The notes below the pieces were generated by a model that worked only from the letters and a program-made list of their open reading frames with translations, searched no databases and had not been told where the DNA came from. A DNA stretch of 64,000 nucleotides, taken from an uncultured Actinomycetes bacterium. Its GTDB lineage: Bacteria; Actinomycetota; Acidimicrobiia; Acidimicrobiales; RAAP-2. Location: contig CAIQPR010000017.1 of the NCBI GenBank assembly GCA_903873775.1, positions 69,719 through 133,718 of the forward strand, in the 5' to 3' direction. Position numbers and translations under genes: made by a program. Shown here one piece after another: positions 52,316 to 60,716 of this stretch. Every line of letters starts with the position of its first letter. Position 1 is the first letter of the stretch.

Positions 52316-53109
52316 CGCTCGCGCCACCAGGTGCCGAAGACCACGCGCGTGTAGCGATAGCCGAAGAGCCAGTTCTTGCCCTTCTTCGTCGTTCCGGAGT
52401 GACGGGGGTACCAGTTCGTCGGCACCTCGCTCACTCGCCATCCTCGCTTGAGACACGTGATGAGGAGTTCTGCCGTCTGGTACTGCTCCTGCTCCAAGCG
52501 GTCAATCACGTCGGCCATCATCGACACCCGCAGCGCGCGGTAGCCGTTCGACGTGTCCGTCAAGTGAGATCCCGTCATGCGATTCATCACAAAGGAGAAA
52601 AACTTCACACCAGTCTTGCGAAAGCGGTCGGTGGTGTTGTCAATACCGAGCGCCCGCGACGCCACGACGAAGTCACTTTCGTCCGTGAGCAACGGTGCAA
52701 TGAGCTGAGGGATCTCGACGGGGTCATTTTGTCCATCAGAGTCGATGGTCACGATGTACTTCACGCCATTGTCAATGCAGTAGCGATATCCCACCTGGAG
52801 GGCGACGCCGTGTCCGAGATTGGTGGGAAATTCAATGACGCGCACGCCATCAAACGAGCGGCTGATGTCGGACGTGGCGTCATCCCCACCGTCAACCACC
52901 ACGAGCGTCGTGTAGGGCTGACCGTCAATCGACTCGGGCATCTTCGACAGGACGTGTCCGATGTTGCCTTCTTCTTCGTAGGCGCAGAACAGCACGACGA
53001 TGTCCTCGGGCGTGAAGCCGGGATAGTCACTCTCGAAGCGGCTCATGGCTTCGCCAATGGCGTACTTACGCAGTCCGGCTAAACGGCGCTTCTCAAGATC
53101 TACGGCCAT
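52312..53109 (-). CDS. GT2 glycosyltransferase, polyprenol-phosphate sugar synthase (Ppm1/DPM1-like)
   Basis: CAYEE, VVDGGDD, NLGHG, DSDGQ (DxD), TDTSNGYR. SD GAGGAGG before ATG 53109. Confidence 0.85.
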   Translation of the reverse strand: MAVDLEKRRLAGLRKYAIGEAMSRFESDYPGFTPEDIVVLFCAYEEEGNIGHVLSKMPESIDGQPYTTLVVVDGGDDATSDISRSFDGVRVIEFPTNLGHGVALQVGYRYCIDNGVKYIVTIDSDGQNDPVEIPQLIAPLLTDESDFVVASRALGIDNTTDRFRKTGVKFFSFVMNRMTGSHLTDTSNGYRALRVSMMADVIDRLEQEQYQTAELLITCLKRGWRVSEVPTNWYPRHSGTTKKGKNWLFGYRYTRVVFGTWWRER

Positions 53110-53210
53110 AACGTCGGTCCTCCTCGGCGGATTCCGGTGCGCAGATCCATTCCCCTGTGACACACCGAAAAGTTGTTCCTCAAACTTACCGGTCGAGAAA
53201 TGGTGCTCAC

Positions 53211-53234
53211 GGTCGTTCCGGCACCAAAACGACC
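53211..53234. terminator. possible hairpin downstream of ispH
   Basis: GGTCGTT / AACGACC inverted repeat with extra G-U pairs; no clean U-tract. Confidence 0.3.
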
Positions 53235-53265
53235 TGATTTGTATGACGTTTTCTTTACGATCTGC

Positions 53266-54300
53266 TCAATGATGCGCGTCGAGGACAGTGGCGGCGCTGT
53301 AGTGCCGATCGGTGCTCGCGACATCGTCGCCCGTCTGCGCACTGCCCAGCATCACGCTCAGCACGAGTGACAACGCACGCAACGTCTCCCGCAGTTCCGG
53401 CGGCGGAGGGAAATACTCGTCCTCCACAGTGACGGGATCGATGTCAACGCCGTCTCGCGGGTTGAGGAAGGAGAGAACGTCGTTGACGAGGGACTCGGGC
53501 GCCGATGCTCCGGCCGTGACTGCGACGACTCCCGTGAGATCGTCGGGCAGTTCTGCAGCTGAATTCACGCGCAACACGCGCGCACAACCAGTGGCCTCAG
53601 CCACTTTGGCGAGGGCGACCGTGTTGGAAGAGTTTGCCGAACCAATGACGATGACCGCATCGGCCTGTGCGGCAATCGCGCGTAAGGCGGCCTGGCGGTT
53701 CGTGGTGGCGAAACAGAGGTCCGAACGATTCGGCATCCACAGATCCGGAAACGTGTCTTCTGCGTATTCGCGCAGTTCCTGCCATTCGTCAAGAGACAGT
53801 GTGGTTTGCGACAAGAGGGCCTTCGGGTTGTCGTCTCCTCGCAATGCATCAATGTCAGCTGTGGACTGAATGAGATGCACGGACTCGGGGGCGACCGCCA
53901 TCGTGCCGACGGCCTCTTCATGCCCCTCGTGCCCCACGTAGAGCACCGTGTACCCCTTCTTGGCGCGAACCTTTAACTCGTGATGCACCTTGGTGACGAG
54001 GGGGCAGACAGCGTCAATGACCGTTCCTCCCGATTCCTTGGCCGACGCCACTACTTCGGGGGGCGACCCGTGAGCGCTCAACATCACCGGTGAGCCCGGA
54101 GGCACGGTGCGCACATCATCGACGAATACGACACCCAATCGACGGAAGTGTTCAACCACGAACTGATTGTGAACAATTTCGTGGTAGCAGTAGACCGGCG
54201 GCTCGAAAATCTTGGTCATCCAGTCGAGAGCCTTGATGGCTTTCTCAACTCCCGCGCAGAATCCTCGGGGAGACGCAAGGAGAACTCGATCAACGCCCAC
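53266..54300 (-). CDS. ispH: 4-hydroxy-3-methylbut-2-enyl diphosphate reductase
   Basis: PRGFCAGV, HEIVHN, SAHG, DAVCPLV, CFATTNRQ, SSN. Confidence 0.97.
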   Translation of the reverse strand: MGVDRVLLASPRGFCAGVEKAIKALDWMTKIFEPPVYCYHEIVHNQFVVEHFRRLGVVFVDDVRTVPPGSPVMLSAHGSPPEVVASAKESGGTVIDAVCPLVTKVHHELKVRAKKGYTVLYVGHEGHEEAVGTMAVAPESVHLIQSTADIDALRGDDNPKALLSQTTLSLDEWQELREYAEDTFPDLWMPNRSDLCFATTNRQAALRAIAAQADAVIVIGSANSSNTVALAKVAEATGCARVLRVNSAAELPDDLTGVVAVTAGASAPESLVNDVLSFLNPRDGVDIDPVTVEDEYFPPPPELRETLRALSLVLSVMLGSAQTGDDVASTDRHYSAATVLDAHH

Positions 54301-54356
54301 ACCCGAATCCTACCCAGAGGGAATGAAGACGGGCCCGTGGCTCGTAGGCTGTGTGG
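54301..54356. promoter_or_regulatory. back-to-back putative leaderless promoters (ispH / DUF512 gene)
   Basis: Minus strand TAGGAT (54307-54312) + 6 nt + GTG 54300; plus strand TAGGCT (54345-54350) + 6 nt + GTG 54357. Confidence 0.6.
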
Positions 54357-55736
54357 GTGTCGGGAGCCATTGTCAGCAGCGTGGTGACGGGATCACCAGC
54401 GGGGGAGTCGGGAGTCCTGACGGGCGACGAGATTCTCTCGATCAATGGTCGTGCCCCTACCGACATCATTGAGTATCAGCAGCTCATTGACGGTGACACC
54501 CTCGACCTCGTGATCCAACGTCCCGACGAGGCGCTCCAGCGTCGTATTCGGATCACCAAAGGTGTCGGGGAGCGACTCGGTCTCACCATCGAGTCGGCGG
54601 TGTTTGACCGCATCCGCACCTGCGACAACCACTGTTCTTTCTGTTTCATCTACCAACTGCCCAAAGGGATGCGGCGGAGTCTGTACGTCAAGGACGACGA
54701 CTTTCGCTTGTCGTTTCTCTACGGCAACTACACGACCTTGACCCGGTTCACCGAGTTTGATCTGGAACGCGTGATCGATGACAATCTCTCGCCGCTCTAC
54801 GTCTCGATTCACACCACGAATCCCGAACTGCGCGCATCCATGTTGCGGAACCCTCGCGGTGCGAGTTCGCTGAGGTGGCTCCGCGCCCTCTTGGACGCGG
54901 GCGTGGAGGTGCACGGCCAAGTAGTGGTGTGTCCAGGCGTGAATGACGGCGACGCTTTGGTGTCCACCTTCGACGACGTGATCACCCTCTATCCAGAATT
55001 AGCGACCGTCAGTGTCGTGCCGCTCGGCTTAAGCGATTTCTCTCACGAGCCGGACATGCGCGCCCACACCACCGCGGAGGCAGCCGCAGTCGTCGACCTC
55101 GTCGATACCTACGGATCCTTGTGCCGCGAACTTTTTGGTCGGCAACTGATTCACGCGAGTGACGAGTATTACCTCTTGGCCCATCGTGATCCGCCGAACG
55201 CGCAGGAGCTGGAGTCCCTCGACCAAGCGGAGAACGGCGTTGGCCTCGTCGCTGCCTTTAGTGAGAGTTTCTCGTCTTTCGGCCACATGGACACTCTCGG
55301 ATCTGGGTTCTTCCAATCTGTCGACGGGGCACCCGCGTGGGGATATCGCGCACCGCGCTATTCCTTCGGACCCGACGCCGCGACGTCCGGGCGACCATCG
55401 GTGCTCACGGGCGAATACGCCGCGCCCATTCTTCGCCACCTCCTCGACCAGCACGGCTACGACGCGGTAGACGTCATTGCGGTCGAGAACAAGTACTTCG
55501 GTGGCAATATCAAAGTCGCGGGCCTGCTTACGGGCAGTGATGTCCAACGCGCCACGCGCGACGGGGGAGAGGACCGACTGTATTTGCTGCCCGATCTCTG
55601 TCTGTCCGAAGACCTCTTCCTTGACGGCCTACGATTAGAAGACGTCAAGGCGAACATTGTTGTAGTCCCCACTTCGGGCGACGCCCTCCGCCGCGCCCTG
55701 GACGACATCATGCAGAAGGTGACGGAAGCCCAGTGA
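54357..55736 (+). CDS. PDZ + radical-SAM-like DUF512 protein (TIGR03279-like)
   Basis: N-terminal PDZ-like segment, CDNHCSFC (CxxxCxxC), KDDDFRLSFLYGNY, ENGVG, NKYFGGNIKVAGLLTG. Start refined to GTG 54357. Confidence 0.88.
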   Translation: MSGAIVSSVVTGSPAGESGVLTGDEILSINGRAPTDIIEYQQLIDGDTLDLVIQRPDEALQRRIRITKGVGERLGLTIESAVFDRIRTCDNHCSFCFIYQLPKGMRRSLYVKDDDFRLSFLYGNYTTLTRFTEFDLERVIDDNLSPLYVSIHTTNPELRASMLRNPRGASSLRWLRALLDAGVEVHGQVVVCPGVNDGDALVSTFDDVITLYPELATVSVVPLGLSDFSHEPDMRAHTTAEAAAVVDLVDTYGSLCRELFGRQLIHASDEYYLLAHRDPPNAQELESLDQAENGVGLVAAFSESFSSFGHMDTLGSGFFQSVDGAPAWGYRAPRYSFGPDAATSGRPSVLTGEYAAPILRHLLDQHGYDAVDVIAVENKYFGGNIKVAGLLTGSDVQRATRDGGEDRLYLLPDLCLSEDLFLDGLRLEDVKANIVVVPTSGDALRRALDDIMQKVTEAQ

Positions 55737-57025
55737 AGCCCACAGTTGTCATCGTTGGTCGACCCAACGTCGGAAAAAGTTCCCTGGTCAACAGGCTCGT
55801 CGGTCGACGTGTCGCCGTGGTTGAAGAAGAGCGAGGCGTCACGCGCGACCGGAAGACGGTCGAAGTTGACTGGCGCGGCATCACCTTCGACCTCGTAGAT
55901 ACCGGTGGCTGGCTCGCGGTCGGCGACGAACTCGAGGACAAAGTCTCCAAACAGGCCAACTTGGCGCTGCAGGAAGCGACACTCGTTCTGCTCGTCGTCG
56001 ACACGATGGTTGGCGTCATGGAGGAGGATGTCGAGGCGGCCCGCTGGGTGCTGAAGACAGGCAAGCCCGTTCTGCTCGTCGCAAACAAGGTGGACGACGA
56101 GCGCCACGAATCGGCGATTTGGGAGTTCTTTTCGTTGGGTGCCGGAGAGCCGTTCCCGATTTCAGCTCTTCACGGACGTCGCTCGGGTGACCTACTGGAC
56201 CGCATTGTCGACATGATTACCGAAGGCACGCCCGAACCTCTCGAGGACACCGAGCCGGACGATGACGCTCTCAACGTGGCCATTGTCGGGCGACCCAATG
56301 TGGGCAAAAGCACGCTGTTCAATCACCTCATCGGCGAGGAGCGGGCGGTCGTCCACGACATGCCCGGGACGACCCGCGACGCCGTTGACACTGTCGTTGA
56401 TACCGCCGAAGGTCGCATTCGATTCATTGACACGGCAGGTATGCGCAAGCGTGCACGGACGGAAGCCGGACTCGAGACGTATTCCGTGTTGCGCAGCCTT
56501 CAGGCCCTCGATCGCGCGGACATTGCCTTGCTCGTCATTGACGCCACCGAAGGGGCCACGGGCCAGGACCAGCGGCTCGCCGAGCGCATCTCCGCCGCCG
56601 GTTGCCCCGCCCTCATCATTTTGAATAAGTGGGAACTCATCAGCACGGAGGATCGACCCATCGTTCTCGCCGGCGTCGCCGACAAGTTGGCCTTTCTAGG
56701 CGATGCGCCGGTTATCAAGACCACCGCACTCAGCGGGAAGGGGGCGCACAAGATTCTCCCGGCGCTCCACGTCGCGGCGACGGACTACGTGAAGCGCATT
56801 TCCACGGGAACCCTCAACCGGGCCATTCGCGACCTTCAGGTCAAGCACCCGTGTCCGACCGGACGTATTCGCTACGCCGTCCAAGGTGCTGTCGAGCCGC
56901 CGACGTTCACGTTGTTCGCCTCGGGTCGTATTCCGTCGACGTACCTTCGCTACATCGAGAGAATCTTGCGCGAACGCTTCGAGCTGGGAACCACTCCGCT
57001 GCGCATTCGCGTACGCGTTGACTGA
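55733..57025 (+). CDS. der: ribosome biogenesis GTPase Der (EngA)
   Basis: Two GRPNVGKS / DTxG / NKxD GTPase domains plus a KH-like C-terminus. Confidence 0.98.
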   Translation: MKPTVVIVGRPNVGKSSLVNRLVGRRVAVVEEERGVTRDRKTVEVDWRGITFDLVDTGGWLAVGDELEDKVSKQANLALQEATLVLLVVDTMVGVMEEDVEAARWVLKTGKPVLLVANKVDDERHESAIWEFFSLGAGEPFPISALHGRRSGDLLDRIVDMITEGTPEPLEDTEPDDDALNVAIVGRPNVGKSTLFNHLIGEERAVVHDMPGTTRDAVDTVVDTAEGRIRFIDTAGMRKRARTEAGLETYSVLRSLQALDRADIALLVIDATEGATGQDQRLAERISAAGCPALIILNKWELISTEDRPIVLAGVADKLAFLGDAPVIKTTALSGKGAHKILPALHVAATDYVKRISTGTLNRAIRDLQVKHPCPTGRIRYAVQGAVEPPTFTLFASGRIPSTYLRYIERILRERFELGTTPLRIRVRVD

Positions 57026-57207
57026 TGTCCAACTGGTGTGACGCGTGCGAACGCGCGGAGGAGGGTGACGTCTGCGCGGTCTGTGGCGCTGACCTCACAC
57101 CCGACGTCGCGGGACCCGTGCCCTGGCGCTGGCGGTTTTTCATCGTGGCCACCGTCATTTATCTGGGATACCGTTTGTATCAACTCATCGCCTGGCTGGC
57201 TCACTAG
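57025..57207 (+). CDS. 60-aa CxxC-CxxC zinc-ribbon membrane microprotein
   Basis: WCDAC...CAVC followed by one TM helix; TGATG overlap with der. Confidence 0.75.
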   Translation: MSNWCDACERAEEGDVCAVCGADLTPDVAGPVPWRWRFFIVATVIYLGYRLYQLIAWLAH

Positions 57208-57243
57208 TCGGTCGACACATGGCGCGAAGAACAAAGGACGGAC

Positions 57244-57765
57244 ATGCCGATCTACGCCCTTGACGACCGAGTTCCCGACATTCATCCCGACGCCTACGTG
57301 CATCCCGACGCCGTCATCATTGGTGACGTTCGTATCGGCGCTCTCTCGACCATCTGGCCTGGGGCGGTTCTCCGCGGCGACTACGGAACGATCATTATTG
57401 GCGAACGCACGTCCATCCAGGACGGTGCGGTTGTTCACGCTGTGGCCGAGTTTCCGACCGTGGTCGGTAGCGGATGCGTCATCGGCCACATTGCCCATCT
57501 GGAGGGCTGTGTGATTCACGACCGTGCCCTCGTGGGCAGCGGCTCCATCGTCCTACACCACGCGCACGTACACACCGGCGCCACGGTGGCCGCCGGATGC
57601 GTTGTCACCAACAATGGGGTCGTGCCCGAGAACGCTCTCGCCGTGGGCGTGCCCGCAAAGATCAAAGAAAACGCCTCTCACGCCGAAGCAATCGATGCGG
57701 GAGCCGCCATCTACGTAGACAACGGACGGCGCTACAAGAACGCACTTCGTCGACTCGACGACTGA
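57244..57765 (+). CDS. gamma carbonic anhydrase family protein
   Basis: Hexapeptide repeats, LRGD, IQDG, three metal-ligand His (VHA, GHIAHL). Confidence 0.92.
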   Translation: MPIYALDDRVPDIHPDAYVHPDAVIIGDVRIGALSTIWPGAVLRGDYGTIIIGERTSIQDGAVVHAVAEFPTVVGSGCVIGHIAHLEGCVIHDRALVGSGSIVLHHAHVHTGATVAAGCVVTNNGVVPENALAVGVPAKIKENASHAEAIDAGAAIYVDNGRRYKNALRRLDD

Positions 57766-57779
57766 CGACTGACGACTGA
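57757..57779 (+). repeat. 7-bp tandem repeat (GACGACT x3.3)
   Basis: Copies at 57757, 57764 and 57771 plus GA; spans the gamma-CA stop codon. Confidence 0.9.
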
Positions 57780-57816
57780 AGAGGATGCGGTCAATCGCTG
57801 CGCGCACCTCGGGGAG

Positions 57817-57822
57817 TACCCT
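57817..57822 (+). promoter_or_regulatory. putative -10 element (TACCCT), leaderless start at 57829
   Basis: TANNNT + 6 nt + ATG. Confidence 0.55.
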
Positions 57823-57828
57823 CACGCC

Positions 57829-58785
57829 ATGAGCAACGCCGACCACGCTTCTGCTGCCGACGACGTCGCCGCCGGTGAGGACGAGGAGCTCACCGAGGGC
57901 GCCCACGAACGACAGGCGTTGCGGCTCTCGATGCTCTTCGCCTTTCTCCTCGCGGTTCTCGGCATCACGGTCGGCGTGATTACCAATTCCCAGATCATCC
58001 TCTTCGACGGTTTCTACACTTTTCTCGGTATCGGTCTGTCGTGGTTGGCCCTGCGCATCTCGCGCGTGATTGAGGCGGGACCTACGTCGCGCTACCCCTT
58101 TGGTCGAGAAGCCTTGTCGCCTCTCATCATTGGCGTGGAGGGAGTTGCGCTGCTTGCGACGTGCGCCTACGCAACGTTCAACGCCGTCCTCACGATTGTG
58201 AACGGGGGATCGGTCCCACCGGCGGGGTGGGGGGACGTCTACGCCGCGGTAGCCGTAATTGTTCCACTCTTCGTCGCGTGGCTCCTCCGTCACTGGAACG
58301 AAGGTTCCGAGCTCGTCGAGGCCGAAGCCACCCAGTGGTTCGCGGGTGGCCTTCTCGGCATTGGCATGTTGGCGGGATTTCTTGGTGCGACCGCCATCCG
58401 CGGCACGAGTTTCGCGAGCGCGTCCTTGTACGTCGACCCGGTGCTCGTCATTGTGGCGTGCGCGCTCTTCATTGGTCCTCCGGTGCGCATGATCCGCGGC
58501 ACCTTCATCGAGTTGGTGGAGGGGAGTCCAGACCTCGAGATTCGCACGCCGGTCCTGGACTCTATTGCGGCAGTTCGAGAGAAGTTCGAGTTGACCGCAC
58601 CCGCGATTCGCCTTACCAAAGTGGGGCGCAAACTTTACGCCGAGGTCGACTTCATCGTCTCTCCGGAGTGGCGGGTGCGCCAGTCAGATGAAGTGCGCCG
58701 CGCGCTTCTTGCTCGCTTCGAGGAGCTCGAATACGACATTTGGTTGACGTTGGAGTTCGCTGCTGATCCGCAGGCTCTGGCGTAA
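57829..58785 (+). CDS. cation diffusion facilitator family transporter
   Basis: Six TMs, S..ILFDG, RYPFG, YVDP, C-terminal domain (KVGRKLYAEVDF). Confidence 0.8.
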   Translation: MSNADHASAADDVAAGEDEELTEGAHERQALRLSMLFAFLLAVLGITVGVITNSQIILFDGFYTFLGIGLSWLALRISRVIEAGPTSRYPFGREALSPLIIGVEGVALLATCAYATFNAVLTIVNGGSVPPAGWGDVYAAVAVIVPLFVAWLLRHWNEGSELVEAEATQWFAGGLLGIGMLAGFLGATAIRGTSFASASLYVDPVLVIVACALFIGPPVRMIRGTFIELVEGSPDLEIRTPVLDSIAAVREKFELTAPAIRLTKVGRKLYAEVDFIVSPEWRVRQSDEVRRALLARFEELEYDIWLTLEFAADPQALA

Positions 58786-58794
58786 CGGCCTCTT

Positions 58795-59406
58795 GTGTCA
58801 GAATCACTGACACAACTCAACTATCTGTGGGGGACGGCTGGCGTGGAACTTCTTCTGGATTCTTTGCAACGACGGATGGCGACGATGCACTCGCTGTACT
58901 ACCAGGCAGTTGATTCAATGACGATTGATGACGTGAACCACTTCGAACGTGCCGGTGTCCTCCCAATCGCCTTCTCGCTTTTCCACTACACGAACATGCA
59001 CGACGCCTCCTTCATGATGCTCTCGGGGGAAATGCCCATCTGGTCGTCGGACTGGCAGGAGCGTGTGCGCATGGCGGTCAATGACCACGGCAAAGAGCTA
59101 ACGGTGTCCGAGATGGAGAACCAGCGCATCGGCGACTACGAGGCGTTCAAGGACTACCAGCGCACGGTGTTTGACCGGACCGAGGCCTACCTGCGCACGA
59201 TTGATCCGGAAGAATTCACCCGCGTGATCTTCGCGCGACCCTTCCCTCCGGCGATTGCGAGCACCTACAGCGCCCGCTGCGCCGGCGAACCGGGAATCAC
59301 CGTTCTGGACGGCTTCGAGTGTTGGATTTATCAGCACGGACTGCGTCACATGGGCGAGATCGAATTGGCACGGGGCTTGGTGGGACTCGGCGGCATGACC
59401 TCGTAG
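58795..59406 (+). CDS. DinB/YfiT-family protein
   Basis: IAFSLFHY near the N-terminus and HGLRHMGEI near the C-terminus (His triad). Confidence 0.75.
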   Translation: MSESLTQLNYLWGTAGVELLLDSLQRRMATMHSLYYQAVDSMTIDDVNHFERAGVLPIAFSLFHYTNMHDASFMMLSGEMPIWSSDWQERVRMAVNDHGKELTVSEMENQRIGDYEAFKDYQRTVFDRTEAYLRTIDPEEFTRVIFARPFPPAIASTYSARCAGEPGITVLDGFECWIYQHGLRHMGEIELARGLVGLGGMTS

Positions 59407-59464
59407 GAAGGCCTGTTGTCGTCGACAGCGTCACGAACGCCACGCGGTCGCTGCGCCATTTCCG

Positions 59465-59470
59465 TAGTCT
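59465..59470 (+). promoter_or_regulatory. putative -10 element (TAGTCT), leaderless start at 59477
   Basis: TANNNT + 6 nt + ATG. Confidence 0.55.
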
Positions 59471-59476
59471 GAAGCG

Positions 59477-60100
59477 ATGAGCACCATCCCGAAAGACCCG
59501 CGCAGGGGAGTCCACGCGCTGTCGCTGGGTGACGTGACACTGGCGCCACTCACCGCCAGTGACGTCGACGCGATATGGGCGGCGTGCGCGTCTGATCGAT
59601 CGACGTACGGGTATACGCCGGTTCCGACGTCACGAGAGGCCACGGAGAATCACATCGCGTCACTGTTACGCGATGAGTCCGTGGGCGACACGATTAATTT
59701 CGTGGTTCGCCACCAAGAACGCGTCGTCGGTATGACGCGGTACCTCACTCTGCGTGAGTATTTCGCCGACCACGCGTTGAGCGCCGTTGAAATCGGTGGC
59801 ACGTGGCTGGCACCCGGTGCACAACGGACGCACGTCAACACCACCGCGAAACTCCTGCTCCTCGAGAACGCGTTCGAGCATTGGAACGTGCGTCGGGTTG
59901 ATCTCAAGTCTGACGCACGTAATGAACGCTCACGTCGCGCCATCGAACGGCTGGGCGCGCAGTTCGAGGGAATCCTGAGGGCCTGGCAGCCGTCACTGGC
60001 GCCGGGAGAAGAGGGTGGCGTCAGAGACACCGCTATGTATTCCGTACTTGCCGCGGAGTGGCCGGCCGTGAAAGTCGGTCTTGCCACTGCTCTGCGTTAA
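59477..60100 (+). CDS. GNAT N-acetyltransferase, RimJ/RimL family
   Basis: VEIGGTW, NTTAKLLLL...AFE, RVDLKSDARNERSRRAIERLGA.FEG.LR. Confidence 0.88.
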   Translation: MSTIPKDPRRGVHALSLGDVTLAPLTASDVDAIWAACASDRSTYGYTPVPTSREATENHIASLLRDESVGDTINFVVRHQERVVGMTRYLTLREYFADHALSAVEIGGTWLAPGAQRTHVNTTAKLLLLENAFEHWNVRRVDLKSDARNERSRRAIERLGAQFEGILRAWQPSLAPGEEGGVRDTAMYSVLAAEWPAVKVGLATALR

Positions 60101-60233
60101 GACCACCGTAGATAACGACACGCGCATAACACAGTGGGTCGAAGTGCGTTCAACGAGGAGCCACGTGATCGAAGCCTGCGAGCAGGCTCCGACATGGAGA
60201 GCGGCTCACGTGTGCCATCCACGTACACAAAAA

Positions 60234-60311
60234 TGGTCGGGCTGCCGGGATTTGAACCCGGGACCTCTTGACCCCCAGTCAAGCGCGCTAACCAAGCTGC
60301 GCCACAGCCCG
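60234..60311 (-). tRNA. tRNA-Pro(GGG), CCA encoded
   Basis: CGGGCTG/CAGCCCG acceptor, anticodon arm CTTGA-CT-GGG-GG-TCAAG, GGTTCAAATCC. Confidence 0.97.
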
Positions 60312-60335
60312 CGAAAGAGCCAGCCTACTCGGTTC

Positions 60336-60494
60336 TCAGCTAGCCGAACGATGAGTGCCGTGGGGCTGATCGGGGTTGGTTAACCAGGCACGCGCCTCCA
60401 TGAGAAACGCGATGGATTCACCCGTCGCCTTCGCCTTCAGCGCGTCCAGGATTCTTTCGTCCAACGCCGCCAACAGTTCGTCTGTCGTCGCCAT
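60336..60494 (-). CDS. 52-aa small protein (below the ORF-track cut-off)
   Basis: MATTDELLAALDERILDALKAKATGESIAFLMEARAWLTNPDQPHGTHRSAS; SD GAGGAGG before the ATG; fills the thiS-tRNA gap. Confidence 0.65.
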   Translation of the reverse strand: MATTDELLAALDERILDALKAKATGESIAFLMEARAWLTNPDQPHGTHRSAS

Positions 60495-60524
60495 GAGCCC
60501 TCCTCGTCATTGTCAGCCTAGGGC

Positions 60525-60716
60525 TCACCCTCCAGCGGCCGCTGTCACTACCTCGATCACCGCGTCCGCGGCGAGCCAAGTTGTTGTCCATTGAGAACGG
60601 GGGATGATGTCGCCATTCACCGCGACCGCGACGCCCGCGCGCAGCACGTCATGGGACACCAAGAATTCCGACAATGCTTGCGGCTGATCGTCGACGTCAT
60701 GCCCGTTGAACTTCAC
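60525..60716 (-). CDS. thiS: sulfur carrier protein ThiS
   Basis: VAVAVNGDIIPRSQW, C-terminal GG; GTGA overlap with thiO. Confidence 0.92.
   Translation of the reverse strand: MKFNGHDVDDQPQALSEFLVSHDVLRAGVAVAVNGDIIPRSQWTTTWLAADAVIEVVTAAAGG

Noticed and set aside
60334-60340. GCTGAGA (TPP riboswitch core) on the minus strand near the thi genes
   Set aside because: It lies downstream of thiS, and the other TPP elements (ACCUGA, P4/P5, GGGA) are absent.
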